From Candidatus Latescibacterota bacterium (GTDB taxonomy: Bacteria > Latescibacterota > UBA2968 > UBA8231): DNA of 64,000 nucleotides. Within the stretch, counting starts at the first letter, position 1, and the number at the start of each line of letters is the position of its first letter. The position numbers and the translations under genes are program-made. Under the pieces are notes generated by a model. That model did not search any database and had not been told where the DNA came from. It saw only the letters and a list, made by a program, of their open reading frames with translations. The DNA lies in contig OZ244561.1 in assembly GCA_965217585.1 (NCBI GenBank), positions 1-64,000 of the forward strand. Reading direction: 5' to 3'. This document shows, piece after piece, positions 28,897 through 39,230 of the stretch.

Positions 28897-29385
28897 TTAT
28901 CTGTCGTCTTCTGAATCCATCAGCGGATGTGAGAATTCTTCTATGTCCTCGCCAAACATCCGCCGCGGGCGCAGCCGAGTATAAGACGGAATCTGGTTCT
29001 GCTCCTCGGCCTCCTGACAGGACACGCACAGGCGCGCCGTAGGCAGGGCCTCCAAGCGCGGCTTGGGAATAAACGGGCAGGTCGGGCACAGGTTTAAGGG
29101 CTTTTCGAGGCAGGCTTCGCACTTGCCATACGTCGTGCTATCCAGCTTCTCGAGCGCTAGCATGACCTCTTCCAGCTCGCGGCGCTCGGTATCGCCCAGA
29201 GCTACCAAAAGCTCCATGGCCCCGGCCTCGACCGCTCGGTCGAGGTCGTCGGCCTTGGGGTCTTGCAGTTCGTCGATCTCGTGCTCGGTACCGTCCAGAT
29301 CGCTGAGCAATTCAGCGCGGCGCACCAAAAGCATCTTCTTTATTCGCTCTCGATCTCGCTTATTGAGGGCCACCTTTTTGGCCAT
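28897..29385 (-). CDS. DksA/TraR C4-type zinc finger protein
   Basis: Coiled coil with DDLDRA tip, YGKCEAC...RLEALPTARLCVSCQ. Confidence 0.85.
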   Translation of the reverse strand: MAKKVALNKRDRERIKKMLLVRRAELLSDLDGTEHEIDELQDPKADDLDRAVEAGAMELLVALGDTERRELEEVMLALEKLDSTTYGKCEACLEKPLNLCPTCPFIPKPRLEALPTARLCVSCQEAEEQNQIPSYTRLRPRRMFGEDIEEFSHPLMDSEDDR

Positions 29386-29431
29386 AGTTCCCTTCTCCTT
29401 TAACTGGCTCCAAAGCCAGTGGATCGTCTGT

Positions 29432-31198
29432 TCAAATGCCCGCCGTCTGCAAGCGGAAAACCGCCGTGCCCAGCGGCCCCAGCTCCGCGGCGAGCCGTCC
29501 GTTGGTCAGCGTTGGGACCGCCTGCCCGTGCAGCACTTCGGCCCGCCCCATGGGCGGCAAACCTTCTAGGCGCAAATCGAGCCGCCGCCGCTCTTCGGCG
29601 ACATTGACGGCAAATACGTAAAAATTGCGTTTGTATTCTTTGACCGCCACTTCGACCCCGCCACCAGCCGATTGTGCCTCCAAGCGGTGCTCCTCCTGCA
29701 AGAGCACCGGCCCTAATTCGGCAAGCTCGGCCGCGAGGCGCTGCACTTCTCGCCACAGGGCCAGGGGCTGTATGTGGCGTTCGTTCTCTTGGCAATAGCG
29801 GTAAAACAACACGCCTTTGGCCCCCCCAACTAGCCCTTGGTATATCATGTTCCGCAGCTCGCTCGCCGTCGGCGAGCGCGGCCAGTGTTCCACGCCGCCA
29901 AAGGCCTGGGCGACCAACCAGACTGGCTTTCGCTCCAGCGAGGTCCAACGCGCCTGCTGCATATAGTCGCCCACTTGGCTGATGGGGTAATTCGGGATCG
30001 GATACACGTCTATGGCCAGAATATCACTGGCCGCGGAATACGTCGCGTATAGGTTCGGCCTGTTGTTGACCAAATACGTCGGGTGATACGGGTCGCGCTT
30101 CCGAACCAACTTGTATATGGCCTCGGCAGCCTCCGGCTTCATCTTGGTCTCTCCCGGCTCATCAACGATGTACCAAGCCAGCAGCGCCGGATGCTGCCGA
30201 TACCGCTCGACCACAGCGGCGATGGCCCGGTAGTCCGGCTCGGGACGCCGCCGCGCGTACTCGGTCAGCTCTAGCAGGATGTACATCCCCGCCTCAGCGG
30301 CCTCATCCATCAGCGCGGCAACTTCTTCTCCGCGCAGCTTGTAGAAGTAATCTCCGGAATTGAAATGCAGCCGTCGCATTGGGGCGAGGATGTCCGCCTG
30401 CAGCCAGTACAGCCCAATGGGAAAGAACGGCTCACCATCGACGAGCAAGGACTGGCTGAACAGGTCGATTTTCACCTCTCGTGCGGCCGGCGCGAACTTC
30501 TCGCAGGCCACGGCCAGCGAATCCGCACCGCCGACCGGATCCAGCCACCGCGCCACCAGCCAATAACGCCCCTCGGGCAAGGCGTATGCGGCAAAGGCCC
30601 CAGAGACCTCCTGCCCGACCATGTTTACATCCACGCGATCCAAGACCTCGACCCCGCGCCGCAACTCAACCGTCGCGGGGATGGTCGTATCACCGCGGCG
30701 ATTGCGCCGCAGCCGGAAGCGAATCTCATCCTCTACGGTATAATACGAGCGATCGCCCGAAAGCTCCCAAGCGGGCCGGGCAAAGAGACGCAACTCTTCG
30801 ACAGCATGGATGGGCGTGTCGAGCTCCGGATCGTACAGCCGCAGGGCTGCGCGGTGTATGCCGGCCTCTTTCAACCGATACGGCAGCGCATAGCGCACGA
30901 GACGCCCCTGTGGCACCTGCAACCGGTGCTCCACCTCGCGCTGCTCACCCGAGGGAGATTCCCACTCCAGCAGCGCTATCAGGAGACGCGAACCACTGCC
31001 CGGCCTGAACAACTGCAAGTCGAGCAGGTTGTCGCCTACTACGGGTAGCTGTTCTTGGATGATCTGGACCGTCGGCACCTCGGGCGTCGTCTTGGGGGCC
31101 ATTTGCCCGCAAGCACTTAACAATGCGAACAGGGCAAAGTAAAAGGGCCGAGAGACAGATCCCCTCGGCCCACCCCACGGCGGCAATCGCCCTTTCAA
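29432..31198 (-). CDS. Lipoprotein with putative glycoside hydrolase TIM-barrel domain
   Basis: Lipobox LSAC; LVDGEPFFPIGLY, HPALLAWYIVDEP, DILAIDVYP, GAKGVLFY. Confidence 0.65.
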   Translation of the reverse strand: MKGRLPPWGGPRGSVSRPFYFALFALLSACGQMAPKTTPEVPTVQIIQEQLPVVGDNLLDLQLFRPGSGSRLLIALLEWESPSGEQREVEHRLQVPQGRLVRYALPYRLKEAGIHRAALRLYDPELDTPIHAVEELRLFARPAWELSGDRSYYTVEDEIRFRLRRNRRGDTTIPATVELRRGVEVLDRVDVNMVGQEVSGAFAAYALPEGRYWLVARWLDPVGGADSLAVACEKFAPAAREVKIDLFSQSLLVDGEPFFPIGLYWLQADILAPMRRLHFNSGDYFYKLRGEEVAALMDEAAEAGMYILLELTEYARRRPEPDYRAIAAVVERYRQHPALLAWYIVDEPGETKMKPEAAEAIYKLVRKRDPYHPTYLVNNRPNLYATYSAASDILAIDVYPIPNYPISQVGDYMQQARWTSLERKPVWLVAQAFGGVEHWPRSPTASELRNMIYQGLVGGAKGVLFYRYCQENERHIQPLALWREVQRLAAELAELGPVLLQEEHRLEAQSAGGGVEVAVKEYKRNFYVFAVNVAEERRRLDLRLEGLPPMGRAEVLHGQAVPTLTNGRLAAELGPLGTAVFRLQTAGI

Positions 31199-31965
31199 GG
31201 CGACCTACCGACTTGCTCGGTCTCGAGCGAACGCAAGCGGTCTCTGAGCGAAGCGGCCAACTCGAATCGATCCGCCTCGACCGCCGCCTGTAAATCAGCC
31301 GCCAGTCGCTCGCGCAACGTGCGCGGCCGGGTGCTCTCCACCTCGCCTTCCCACTCGCGCAAAAAGATCAACTCAGGGCACTCGTCGAGCTGGTCCAATT
31401 GACCAATCTTGGCGAGGAACGCCTCAATCTCGGCGATGCCCCGGCGGATCTCGGCTAGGGCCTCAGTGTGGGCCTCGGCCTCTAGACAGGCCAGCGCTCG
31501 CGCCTGCACCCGATGCGCCGTGACAAAGACGCGGTATTGTTCGGCTAACTGGCGGTCTTCGTCCTCTTCGGCGTATTCGTAGCACAAGTCGAGGATGGCG
31601 ATGTTGTGTTCGGCGTCCTCTTCGGCCCGCTCGTATTCCTTCAGTTCAAAAAAACCGATCCGCCGCCAGTAGTATTTCATGGCCTCTTGGGCCAGTTCGG
31701 AACAATCCTCGTGCGAGAGGCTAAAGGTGCCCGGGCCGTGTGCTTCCTCCCACTCGCGTCGCTTTTGGCAGTAGTAATCCAACAGCGACACATAGCCGTG
31801 CGGGCGGATCGCGTCGGGACGGCCCCGCCACTCTAGCTGCATCAAGCCCAGATCCATGCGGATTTGGAGCTTTGCGCTGTCATTGCCACCTCGTATCTTG
31901 CGCACGCTCAACTCGCCTGGGGCGTATTTCCACTCGCCGAGGATCGGGCCAATATCGCTTTCCAT
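31195..31965 (-). CDS. UvrB/UvrC-motif-containing protein
   Basis: C-terminal LQAAVEADRFELAASLRDRL; N-terminal LQIRMDLGLMQLE..GRPD. Confidence 0.75.
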   Translation of the reverse strand: MESDIGPILGEWKYAPGELSVRKIRGGNDSAKLQIRMDLGLMQLEWRGRPDAIRPHGYVSLLDYYCQKRREWEEAHGPGTFSLSHEDCSELAQEAMKYYWRRIGFFELKEYERAEEDAEHNIAILDLCYEYAEEDEDRQLAEQYRVFVTAHRVQARALACLEAEAHTEALAEIRRGIAEIEAFLAKIGQLDQLDECPELIFLREWEGEVESTRPRTLRERLAADLQAAVEADRFELAASLRDRLRSLETEQVGRSP

Positions 31966-32098
31966 AATGGGTAAAACCTCGAACTATACTTGGCTTTCAG
32001 GCTGGAGGTAGGGATCGCTTTTCACAGGCAAACCAAGCGTCTGCGGGCCGCGCCCTCAACGGGTGGGCATCGCGTATCTCGGTGATTTTTCGGGTTTT

Positions 32099-32127
32099 AT
32101 TATATGCGCTGGGCGTACCCTTGTCAA
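32099..32127 (-). promoter_or_regulatory. Consensus sigma-70 promoter
   Basis: Minus strand TTGACA-17 nt-TATAAT, about 130 nt upstream of ATG 31965. Confidence 0.85.
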
Positions 32128-32128
32128 C

Positions 32129-32977
32129 TCACAGGCGGGAGGCCGTAGAATCGGCTTTTACCGGCGGCGGGACACCTGTGATTTCGCCTATTATGGCTAG
32201 CAGTTCCTTGCTCAAAGTCGGGCTTACGCGCAGGCTGTCTAGGTAGCTTTCAATCACCGGAATGGCGTCCGTCCCCACCGCTGTAATAGCCTGATGGGTT
32301 AGGGTGCGCTCCTCGGGCGTGGGGTCGTATTCCATCTGCGTAGGCTCGATGGGCGTTCCGAACATGCTCACCCGGGGCTGGCCCCCTTCCCCAAAGGGGT
32401 CCAACCCCACGCTTGGATAGCGCCGCGGGCCACCCGTGGAGTCGGCGTCCAGCCGTCCGTAGGGTCCGTAGGGAAAGGGTCGCTCTTCGCCGGTGAATAC
32501 CCCCCGGCGTGCTCGCTGCTCAGAGCGCAGAGTGAGTATGTCGTAGTAACTGAGGGCATTGACCAAAATTTCTGCTGCCTTGGTCCCCCCCATCTGTCCG
32601 AGTGCTTCAATGGCTGCCATCCGCAGCTCGGCTTCGGCCGTATTGAGCGAGCGATCGAGCAGCCTCCCTATATCCGGGACCGCGCTCTGGTCGCCAATGG
32701 TACCCAAGGAGCGGAGCGCGTCCTGCTTGAGCGTAGTGCGCTGGTCGTAGTCTTGGAGCGCCATTTTCAGCACCGGCACGGCGCGCGGGTCGCCGATCTC
32801 GCCGAGAATGCGCGCGGCCTTGCGCCGCGTGGCATAGGGGTAGTCCTGACGGGAGACGATTTCCATAATCCGATCTAACTGCCCGTGGTCTCCCTCCTGA
32901 TAGAGCTTGTGCATCTGGTTGACATTCGTGCAACCCAAGGGGGCCAAAACGACCACTAAAAGCGCGATCCTATACAT
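32129..32977 (-). CDS. HEAT-repeat lipoprotein
   Basis: Lipobox PLGC; HEAT/PBS repeats AARILGEIGDPRAVP, RMAAIEALGQMG. Confidence 0.75.
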   Translation of the reverse strand: MYRIALLVVVLAPLGCTNVNQMHKLYQEGDHGQLDRIMEIVSRQDYPYATRRKAARILGEIGDPRAVPVLKMALQDYDQRTTLKQDALRSLGTIGDQSAVPDIGRLLDRSLNTAEAELRMAAIEALGQMGGTKAAEILVNALSYYDILTLRSEQRARRGVFTGEERPFPYGPYGRLDADSTGGPRRYPSVGLDPFGEGGQPRVSMFGTPIEPTQMEYDPTPEERTLTHQAITAVGTDAIPVIESYLDSLRVSPTLSKELLAIIGEITGVPPPVKADSTASRL

Positions 32978-33060
32978 GGCTAGCTCCTTTGTCATTCCCC
33001 TTGCCGCGCGGAAGTCTTTCCTCTATACTTCAAATTTTCCACAACGCAGCAGGAACTCCA

Positions 33061-33852
33061 GTGAACGCCCCACAAACCCACAACCGCCAACCCATTCCCG
33101 GCATTAAAGATACACTGGCCATAGCCAGCGGCAAGGGCGGCGTCGGCAAGTCCACGCTCTGCGCTAACTTGGCCGTGAGCTTGGCCCACCAAGGGCTACA
33201 GGTCGGCTTGCTCGACGCCGACATATACGGCCCCAACATCCCGGGCTTGCTCGGCCTAGAGGGCCGACCAACCGCAGATGACGGCCGCATCCACCCCTTG
33301 TCCGCGCACGGCCTCAAAGCCATTTCCATGGGAATGCTAATCGACCCGGGTACCCCGGTCGTGTGGCGCGGCCCCATGCTGGCCAAGATGATGCACCAAT
33401 TTCTCTTCAACGTCACTTGGGGCGAGCTCGACCTCCTGCTCATAGACCTGCCTCCCGGGACTGGAGACGTACAAATCACGCTGACTCAAGTGGCACCCTT
33501 GACTGCGGCCTTGATCGTCACCACGCCCTCGGCCATTGCCCTCGAAGACGTGCGCCGCGGCGTCGAGATGTTCCGCCAGACCGAGGTGCCCATCGTCGGC
33601 TTGGTCGAGAACATGAGCTATTTCCGCTGCGACAACTGCGGCCATGCCGACCCCATCTTCGGCACCGGAGGAGGCCGCGCCACGGCCAGCCGCTTGGAGA
33701 TTCCCTATCTAGGCGAAATTCCGCTCGACCCGCTCGTCCGCAGCCAAGCCGACGCGGGGGAGCCGGTCGTAAGGACGCATCCCGATGCCGAGGGTAGTAA
33801 AGCCCTCGCCAACCTAGCCGTCGACATCGGCGCTTATTTCCAGCCCGCATGA
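33061..33852 (+). CDS. Mrp/NBP35 Fe-S carrier ATPase
   Basis: SGKGGVGKST, DADIYGP, WRGP, DLPPGTGD, ENMSYFRCDNC. Confidence 0.93.
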   Translation: MNAPQTHNRQPIPGIKDTLAIASGKGGVGKSTLCANLAVSLAHQGLQVGLLDADIYGPNIPGLLGLEGRPTADDGRIHPLSAHGLKAISMGMLIDPGTPVVWRGPMLAKMMHQFLFNVTWGELDLLLIDLPPGTGDVQITLTQVAPLTAALIVTTPSAIALEDVRRGVEMFRQTEVPIVGLVENMSYFRCDNCGHADPIFGTGGGRATASRLEIPYLGEIPLDPLVRSQADAGEPVVRTHPDAEGSKALANLAVDIGAYFQPA

Positions 33853-34859
33853 GCCGCGTCCAAATCGCCTGCGTCGGCGCTGGGTATTGGGGCAGAAACC
33901 TAGTCCGCGTCTTCCACGACTTGCCCGATGTACATCTGCGCCAAGTTTGCGACGCCAGCCCGGAAATCCGCAGCGCCATCCAGCGCCAGTACCCGGAAGT
34001 CCCAATCACCGCCAGCTACGACGAGGTGCTCAACGACGACGAGCTCGACGCCGTAGTATTGGCCGTCCCGGCCGCCGACCACTACGAATTGGCCCGCCGC
34101 GCCCTAGAGCGGGGCAAGCACGTGTACGTCGAAAAGCCCATGACCCTCAACGCCACCACGTCGGCTCACTTAGTAGAATTAGCCACAGAGCGGGACCGGG
34201 TGCTGATGGTCGGGCACCTGCTGAAGTACCACCCGGCCGTGCAAATGCTGCATGATTTGGTGCGGGAAGGCGCGCTGGGCGACTTGTATTATTTATACTC
34301 CCAGCGCGTCAACTTGGGCATTGTCCGCAGCGACGAAAACGCCTTGTGGAGCTTGGCACCACACGACATATCGGTCATCCTGTACCTGCTCGGCCAGGAG
34401 CCGGACGCCGTCAGCGCCCGCGGCGAGTGCTACCTGCAACCCGACATCGAAGACGTGGTATTTGCCAATCTGCACTTTGCCGATGGCAAGATGGCGCAGA
34501 TGCAGCTCTCTTGGCTCGACCCGCACCGCATCCGCCGCCTGACCGTGGTCGGCAGCCGCAAGATGGCGGTCTTTGACGATGTGGAAAGCACGGAAAAGGT
34601 GCGCATCTACGACAAATCGGCCGAGCGGCCGCAATACGACTCTTATGGCGACTCCATTGCGCTGCGCTTTGGCGATGTGATCATTCCGCGGCTACAGATG
34701 GCCGAGCCGCTCAAACTGGAGTGCCAGCACTTCGCCGAGTGCGTGCGTACCGGCCAAACGCCCCGCAGCGATGGCCGCGACGGGCTGCGCGTTGTGCGGG
34801 TCTTGGAGGCCGCGCAGGCGTCGCTGCGCCAAGCCGGTGCCCCAGTGCCGCTGCGCTAG
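33849..34859 (+). CDS. Gfo/Idh/MocA family oxidoreductase
   Basis: GAGYWG, VEKPM, LAPHDIS. Confidence 0.9.
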   Translation: MSRVQIACVGAGYWGRNLVRVFHDLPDVHLRQVCDASPEIRSAIQRQYPEVPITASYDEVLNDDELDAVVLAVPAADHYELARRALERGKHVYVEKPMTLNATTSAHLVELATERDRVLMVGHLLKYHPAVQMLHDLVREGALGDLYYLYSQRVNLGIVRSDENALWSLAPHDISVILYLLGQEPDAVSARGECYLQPDIEDVVFANLHFADGKMAQMQLSWLDPHRIRRLTVVGSRKMAVFDDVESTEKVRIYDKSAERPQYDSYGDSIALRFGDVIIPRLQMAEPLKLECQHFAECVRTGQTPRSDGRDGLRVVRVLEAAQASLRQAGAPVPLR

Positions 34860-37060
34860 CGCACGGTAAATTCCGAGTGGACCTCGGCTTGGTTGCCGCT
34901 CATATCCCGCACCCTCAGCACTAGGCGGTGCGTACCCGGCGGCAAATCTTCCACCAAATGTCCGTACACGCGCCCGGCTTCTGGATCGTATTCGGCGATC
35001 AGCGGGCGTCCGTCGAGCTCGAACTCAAGGTCTTCTTCCCGCCCAATGCCCGCGCCTTGGTCGCGCACCGCGCCGCGAATTTCCGGGCGCGGACCAACGA
35101 CTGTCCCCTCAGTGGGCTGCAAATTGCTGATCTCAGGGGCTTCAAGGTCGGCCAACAGCGCGTAGCGGCCAAAGCGGCGCACCCGCGCCACCACCTGCCG
35201 GCCCACAGCATCCCATTCGTTGCTCACGAGCGTCCACTTTTCAGCGGCGACCTCTCGGTAGAGGCCCAGCTTCTCCGGCGGCATCGCTCCCCGGTCGTAG
35301 CGGAAGCGTAGCGCAACCTTGCGGTCAAAGCTAACATCAGGCCCCAAGGCAAACGCCAACCCGACTGCCATTAGCGCAGCGGGCACTTGCGGCTCAAAGG
35401 TTTCGACTTGCGGGAAAAACGGCGCGTACGCGCTCGCCGCGGCAAAACCCAATTCGACCGCGCCGCCAGCATAGATCAACTCAGCCGCAGCACCCGGCTG
35501 CACGAGCTGCCGGTCGAGGACGACCTTTTGCACGGCGGCCTTCGGCGTCCGCAGCAAAACCGATCCCGCTGCCGAGCCGTTCGGACCGAGCGGCACGGTG
35601 ACTCGGAATTCGCGCAAACCGGTCTGACGGGGGCTGATATTAGCGGTATCAGCGCGGACTAAGGGCGTAGCGCTAGGCACTTGTGAGTAGCGCATCACGA
35701 GCTCCACGAAATCCGCGTGGGAACGGCGCTCCAGGGAAAAGGTCGGCGCAGCGGCCCCATCGTCGGGCAGGCGGCAAACGGCAAAGCCCGTGGCACCCGC
35801 CGGATCCCGCGCCCGGATCCGCCAATAGGAGGCGTTCCGGTGAATCCGCCACTTGAGCGGGCCGGAGCGGCTTTGCCGCCGATCTACGCGCCGCCACGTC
35901 TCGCCATCGCGAGAACTAGCCAATTCTACTTCCACGAGCGGGTCGTCCGCATCGCTCAGCCGTGCCTCGATAAAGGCTCCGTCCGCTTTCACCGCGATCC
36001 GCGCCCCGGCAATGGTCGGCGGTTCATCAACCATCAGCCCAAAGCGCACCCGACTCTCGTTGCCGTTGACATCCGCGACAACGACGACCGCCTCGTGCCG
36101 CCCTTTGGCCAAGTTCACAATTCCATCGTCAGGCCCCTCGTAGAATTGGAGGCGATTGCCCGGCAGGCGACACAAGTTGTAAAAGCGACCCACCCCACCC
36201 TTAAAAACAGCCAGTGGCCGGTCCAAATACATCTGGTGCATATTGCCGTACCCGACCCGCTCGTAGCGCGCCGCAAAAACCGGATCGCCGTCGATGTGCA
36301 AGGCCACGCGATAGGGGGCTAGCTTGTTGGGGGCCGCATCGGCGCGATCGTACATCAACGCGCTGATGCTCACCGGACCGAGCACCTGCACGGGCCGCAC
36401 CCCGGTGAATTCTCCTCGGCTCGGCTGCCAGCGCAAACTGAGCACATAGGGATCGTGCCCTCCCTCGACTTGGGCACTGTGGCCATGCGGCGTGATGGCC
36501 ACTCGTTGCAAGGTCGGCGCAATCGTATCGGCGATGGCGAACCCGTGCAAGAGGGGATTGATCGCCACGTTGTCTCCGTCGCGCAGCTCCAGGTGCAAAT
36601 GAGGAGGACCGGCCCCGCTCTCCCCACTCCAAGCAATGACCGAGCCGCCGAGCACCGGAATCTCCCCAGCCTCGAAATACAAATCCACGCTGTAGCGTCC
36701 ACGCTGCTGCTGGGCTTGCTGCACGCGCTCGGCCACGGGCGCGGCAAAGCCCTCCAAGTGGGCATATACTACAATGCGACCATCGGCCAATTTCTGGTAC
36801 AAAGCCCGGCCATAGCCCCAAGGCGAGGTGCGCACCCGCCAGATATAGCCATCGGCTAGGGCCTGTACGGGGTGGCCGGTCTCGCCCCAAGTCTTGAGAT
36901 CTATGCCAGCGTGGAAGGCCCGGGAGCGCGATTCGCCAAAAGTGGAAGACAGAGCCGGCGCAAGGCGCAGCGGCCAGATGAGGCTTCCCTCTTGCGCGCT
37001 AGCCGGCAGCCACAAAGCCACCACCAATAAGAGCATCCATTTAATCACAGTCGTCCTCAT
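34856..37060 (-). CDS. Secreted M23 family metallopeptidase with Ig-like C-terminal domains
   Basis: FHAGIDLK, YAHL, PHLHLE, INPL; signal peptide. Confidence 0.85.
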   Translation of the reverse strand: MRTTVIKWMLLLVVALWLPASAQEGSLIWPLRLAPALSSTFGESRSRAFHAGIDLKTWGETGHPVQALADGYIWRVRTSPWGYGRALYQKLADGRIVVYAHLEGFAAPVAERVQQAQQQRGRYSVDLYFEAGEIPVLGGSVIAWSGESGAGPPHLHLELRDGDNVAINPLLHGFAIADTIAPTLQRVAITPHGHSAQVEGGHDPYVLSLRWQPSRGEFTGVRPVQVLGPVSISALMYDRADAAPNKLAPYRVALHIDGDPVFAARYERVGYGNMHQMYLDRPLAVFKGGVGRFYNLCRLPGNRLQFYEGPDDGIVNLAKGRHEAVVVVADVNGNESRVRFGLMVDEPPTIAGARIAVKADGAFIEARLSDADDPLVEVELASSRDGETWRRVDRRQSRSGPLKWRIHRNASYWRIRARDPAGATGFAVCRLPDDGAAAPTFSLERRSHADFVELVMRYSQVPSATPLVRADTANISPRQTGLREFRVTVPLGPNGSAAGSVLLRTPKAAVQKVVLDRQLVQPGAAAELIYAGGAVELGFAAASAYAPFFPQVETFEPQVPAALMAVGLAFALGPDVSFDRKVALRFRYDRGAMPPEKLGLYREVAAEKWTLVSNEWDAVGRQVVARVRRFGRYALLADLEAPEISNLQPTEGTVVGPRPEIRGAVRDQGAGIGREEDLEFELDGRPLIAEYDPEAGRVYGHLVEDLPPGTHRLVLRVRDMSGNQAEVHSEFTVR

Positions 37061-37715
37061 ATGTATGTAGAGCCATGCGGTCCGGGGCTACTTCGAGAAA
37101 GTGGAGGGGTTTTTCGGTCCAAGCACCGGTGTTGAAGTAGCACCGGCCCTGCCGCTCAATCGCCATGGCCGCGTGCGTGTGCCCGCAGACTATGGCTTCA
37201 ACTCCCTCCTGCCGTGCCACGCGCAGGGCGTTGCGCGCCACGTGCTCGTTGAGCACCCGGTAGAGCAAAGGCCATTTCTTGGCGTACTCGGCCACGTGGG
37301 CATCGCCCCCACCGAGCCAGATGCGGCAACGGTGTAAGCGGCGGAAAGCCCACTTGAACGCCGCGTGCCGGGGCATCAGCCGGTCGAGCCGATGGCCGTG
37401 GACTACGAGCAGCCGCCGATCGAGACGCCAGCTATCGACAAAGCGGATCTGCCCCGGCTCGGCCAGCTTGAATTGGGTATCGCGATTGCCGTACACCCAG
37501 ATTACGGGCCGAGATTGCGACTCGCTCACGAGGCGCTCCAGCACGGCCCGATGGGCGTCGGGCAGGGCTTGGCCCGGCTCATCTATGACGTCGCCGTTGA
37601 GCACGAGCGGCACCCCTTTGGGCAAAGCATCTAGCCAAGAAGAAAAGTTGCGATGGTAAAAGTAAGCCGATCCGAGGTGCAGATCGCTGACGATAAAGCA
37701 GCGTGCGACGCCCAT
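37041..37715 (-). CDS. Metallophosphoesterase (LpxH-like)
   Basis: SDLHLG, NGDVID, GNRD, HGH, GHTH, NTGAW; ATG 37715. Confidence 0.8.
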   Translation of the reverse strand: MGVARCFIVSDLHLGSAYFYHRNFSSWLDALPKGVPLVLNGDVIDEPGQALPDAHRAVLERLVSESQSRPVIWVYGNRDTQFKLAEPGQIRFVDSWRLDRRLLVVHGHRLDRLMPRHAAFKWAFRRLHRCRIWLGGGDAHVAEYAKKWPLLYRVLNEHVARNALRVARQEGVEAIVCGHTHAAMAIERQGRCYFNTGAWTEKPLHFLEVAPDRMALHTYEDDCD

Positions 37716-37758
37716 GCCTCTTGCTGTATGGGTTATAATATTATTGAATAATTGACCG

Positions 37759-39222
37759 ATGAATAAACAGAGAACCCCACCTGCGCGCAAAGCGTACGAC
37801 CCGGATAAATTACAGGCCCTGCTCCAGTACATCGGTCGCCTGCTGCCCAACGACCAAGAGCGCGCGGCCTTTGATCGGTGCTCGCGCACTCCTCCCCCAG
37901 CTTCGCTGCGCTTGAACGCGCTCCAAGCGCAAGCACAGCACATACGGCCCCACTTGCTCCAACGCGGCCAAAGCGTGCCATGGTGCAGCGATGGCTTCGC
38001 CTTGCCAGAGAGCAACGCCAACCTCGGCCAGACCATTGAACACGCTATGGGCGCGTATTACGTCCAAGCCAAGGCCCCTATGCTAGCCGTCGAAGTACTG
38101 GCCCCCCAGCCCGGCGAGCGCGTCCTCGACCTGTGCGCCGCCCCAGGCGGCAAGGCCACCCAGATTGCCACGCGGATGCAAAACAGCGGCCTGCTGCTGG
38201 CCAACGAACTCCAGCGCAAGCGCATGCCCGCTCTCGTGGGCAATTTAGAGCGCTGTGGAGTGGCCAATCACGTCTTGACCCAAGCCCCAGGAACTATGCT
38301 GGCGCGTTACTTTCCCAACTTTTTCGACCGCATCTTAGTAGATGCCCCCTGCTCGGGCGACGGCATCGTGCGCAAAGACCAGAACATGCTCACCTACTGG
38401 TCGCCGCAAGACGCCCAGCGCCTCGCGCAACAACAGAAGGGCCTCTTGCGCGCTGCTTACCAGATGCTGCGCCCTAACGGCACGCTAGTGTACTCGACCT
38501 GCTCGCTATCGCTGGAGGAAAACGAAGAAGTGCTCCTCGGGCTGTTGCGCCGCTATAGAGAAGACGTCGCGATCCTCCCCATCGCAGAGTTCGAAGGACC
38601 GCCGCTGCCGGATGCGCTGGCCGCCCAATTCCCGACCGAGTTCGCCCGCTGCGTCCGCATCTGGCCCCACCACCACGACACCGAAGGGGCTTTTGTCGCT
38701 CGTCTTTCCAAACGCGCGCCGACGCCAAGCCCCGAAGACGCCCCTGCTTGGGCTGTCTCGACGACCGATCCCACCGCCGCCGAGTCCCGGCACGCCATCG
38801 AAGGCCGGTGGAGTGGTACCCTACCCTGTCCCTCGGACCAGATATTCACCCTTGGCAGCCGCCACCTATGCCAGCAGCCGGCGCTCGGCCCGGCGTTCCA
38901 AGAGCATCTGCCTTACTTCGTCCGCAGTGGCATGAGGGTCGCCCGCCCCCACAAAGGGTACTACTACCTGAGCCAGCAAACCGTCGCCCTGTGGGGCCAC
39001 CTCATGCAGGGTCCCAGTGTCGAGTTGAACTGGCCCCAACTACAGGACCTGTTCGAGGGGCGTCCAATCCACTGCGACCCACCCACGGGCCTCAAAGGCG
39101 AAATCTTCTGCCGCTTCGGACCGTGGACCGTCTGTCGCGCCATCGCCAGAGAGGAAGGCCGCCTGCTCGAAGGCATGCTGCCGCGCGCGTTATTCCGCGC
39201 CAATTTGGATCGGCTGATGTAA
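37759..39222 (+). CDS. RsmB/RsmF (NOL1/NOP2/Sun) RNA m5C methyltransferase
   Basis: DLCAAPGGK, DAPCSGDG, YSTCS, EGAFVA. Confidence 0.9.
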   Translation: MNKQRTPPARKAYDPDKLQALLQYIGRLLPNDQERAAFDRCSRTPPPASLRLNALQAQAQHIRPHLLQRGQSVPWCSDGFALPESNANLGQTIEHAMGAYYVQAKAPMLAVEVLAPQPGERVLDLCAAPGGKATQIATRMQNSGLLLANELQRKRMPALVGNLERCGVANHVLTQAPGTMLARYFPNFFDRILVDAPCSGDGIVRKDQNMLTYWSPQDAQRLAQQQKGLLRAAYQMLRPNGTLVYSTCSLSLEENEEVLLGLLRRYREDVAILPIAEFEGPPLPDALAAQFPTEFARCVRIWPHHHDTEGAFVARLSKRAPTPSPEDAPAWAVSTTDPTAAESRHAIEGRWSGTLPCPSDQIFTLGSRHLCQQPALGPAFQEHLPYFVRSGMRVARPHKGYYYLSQQTVALWGHLMQGPSVELNWPQLQDLFEGRPIHCDPPTGLKGEIFCRFGPWTVCRAIAREEGRLLEGMLPRALFRANLDRLM

Positions 39223-39230
39223 GGGTAGGA

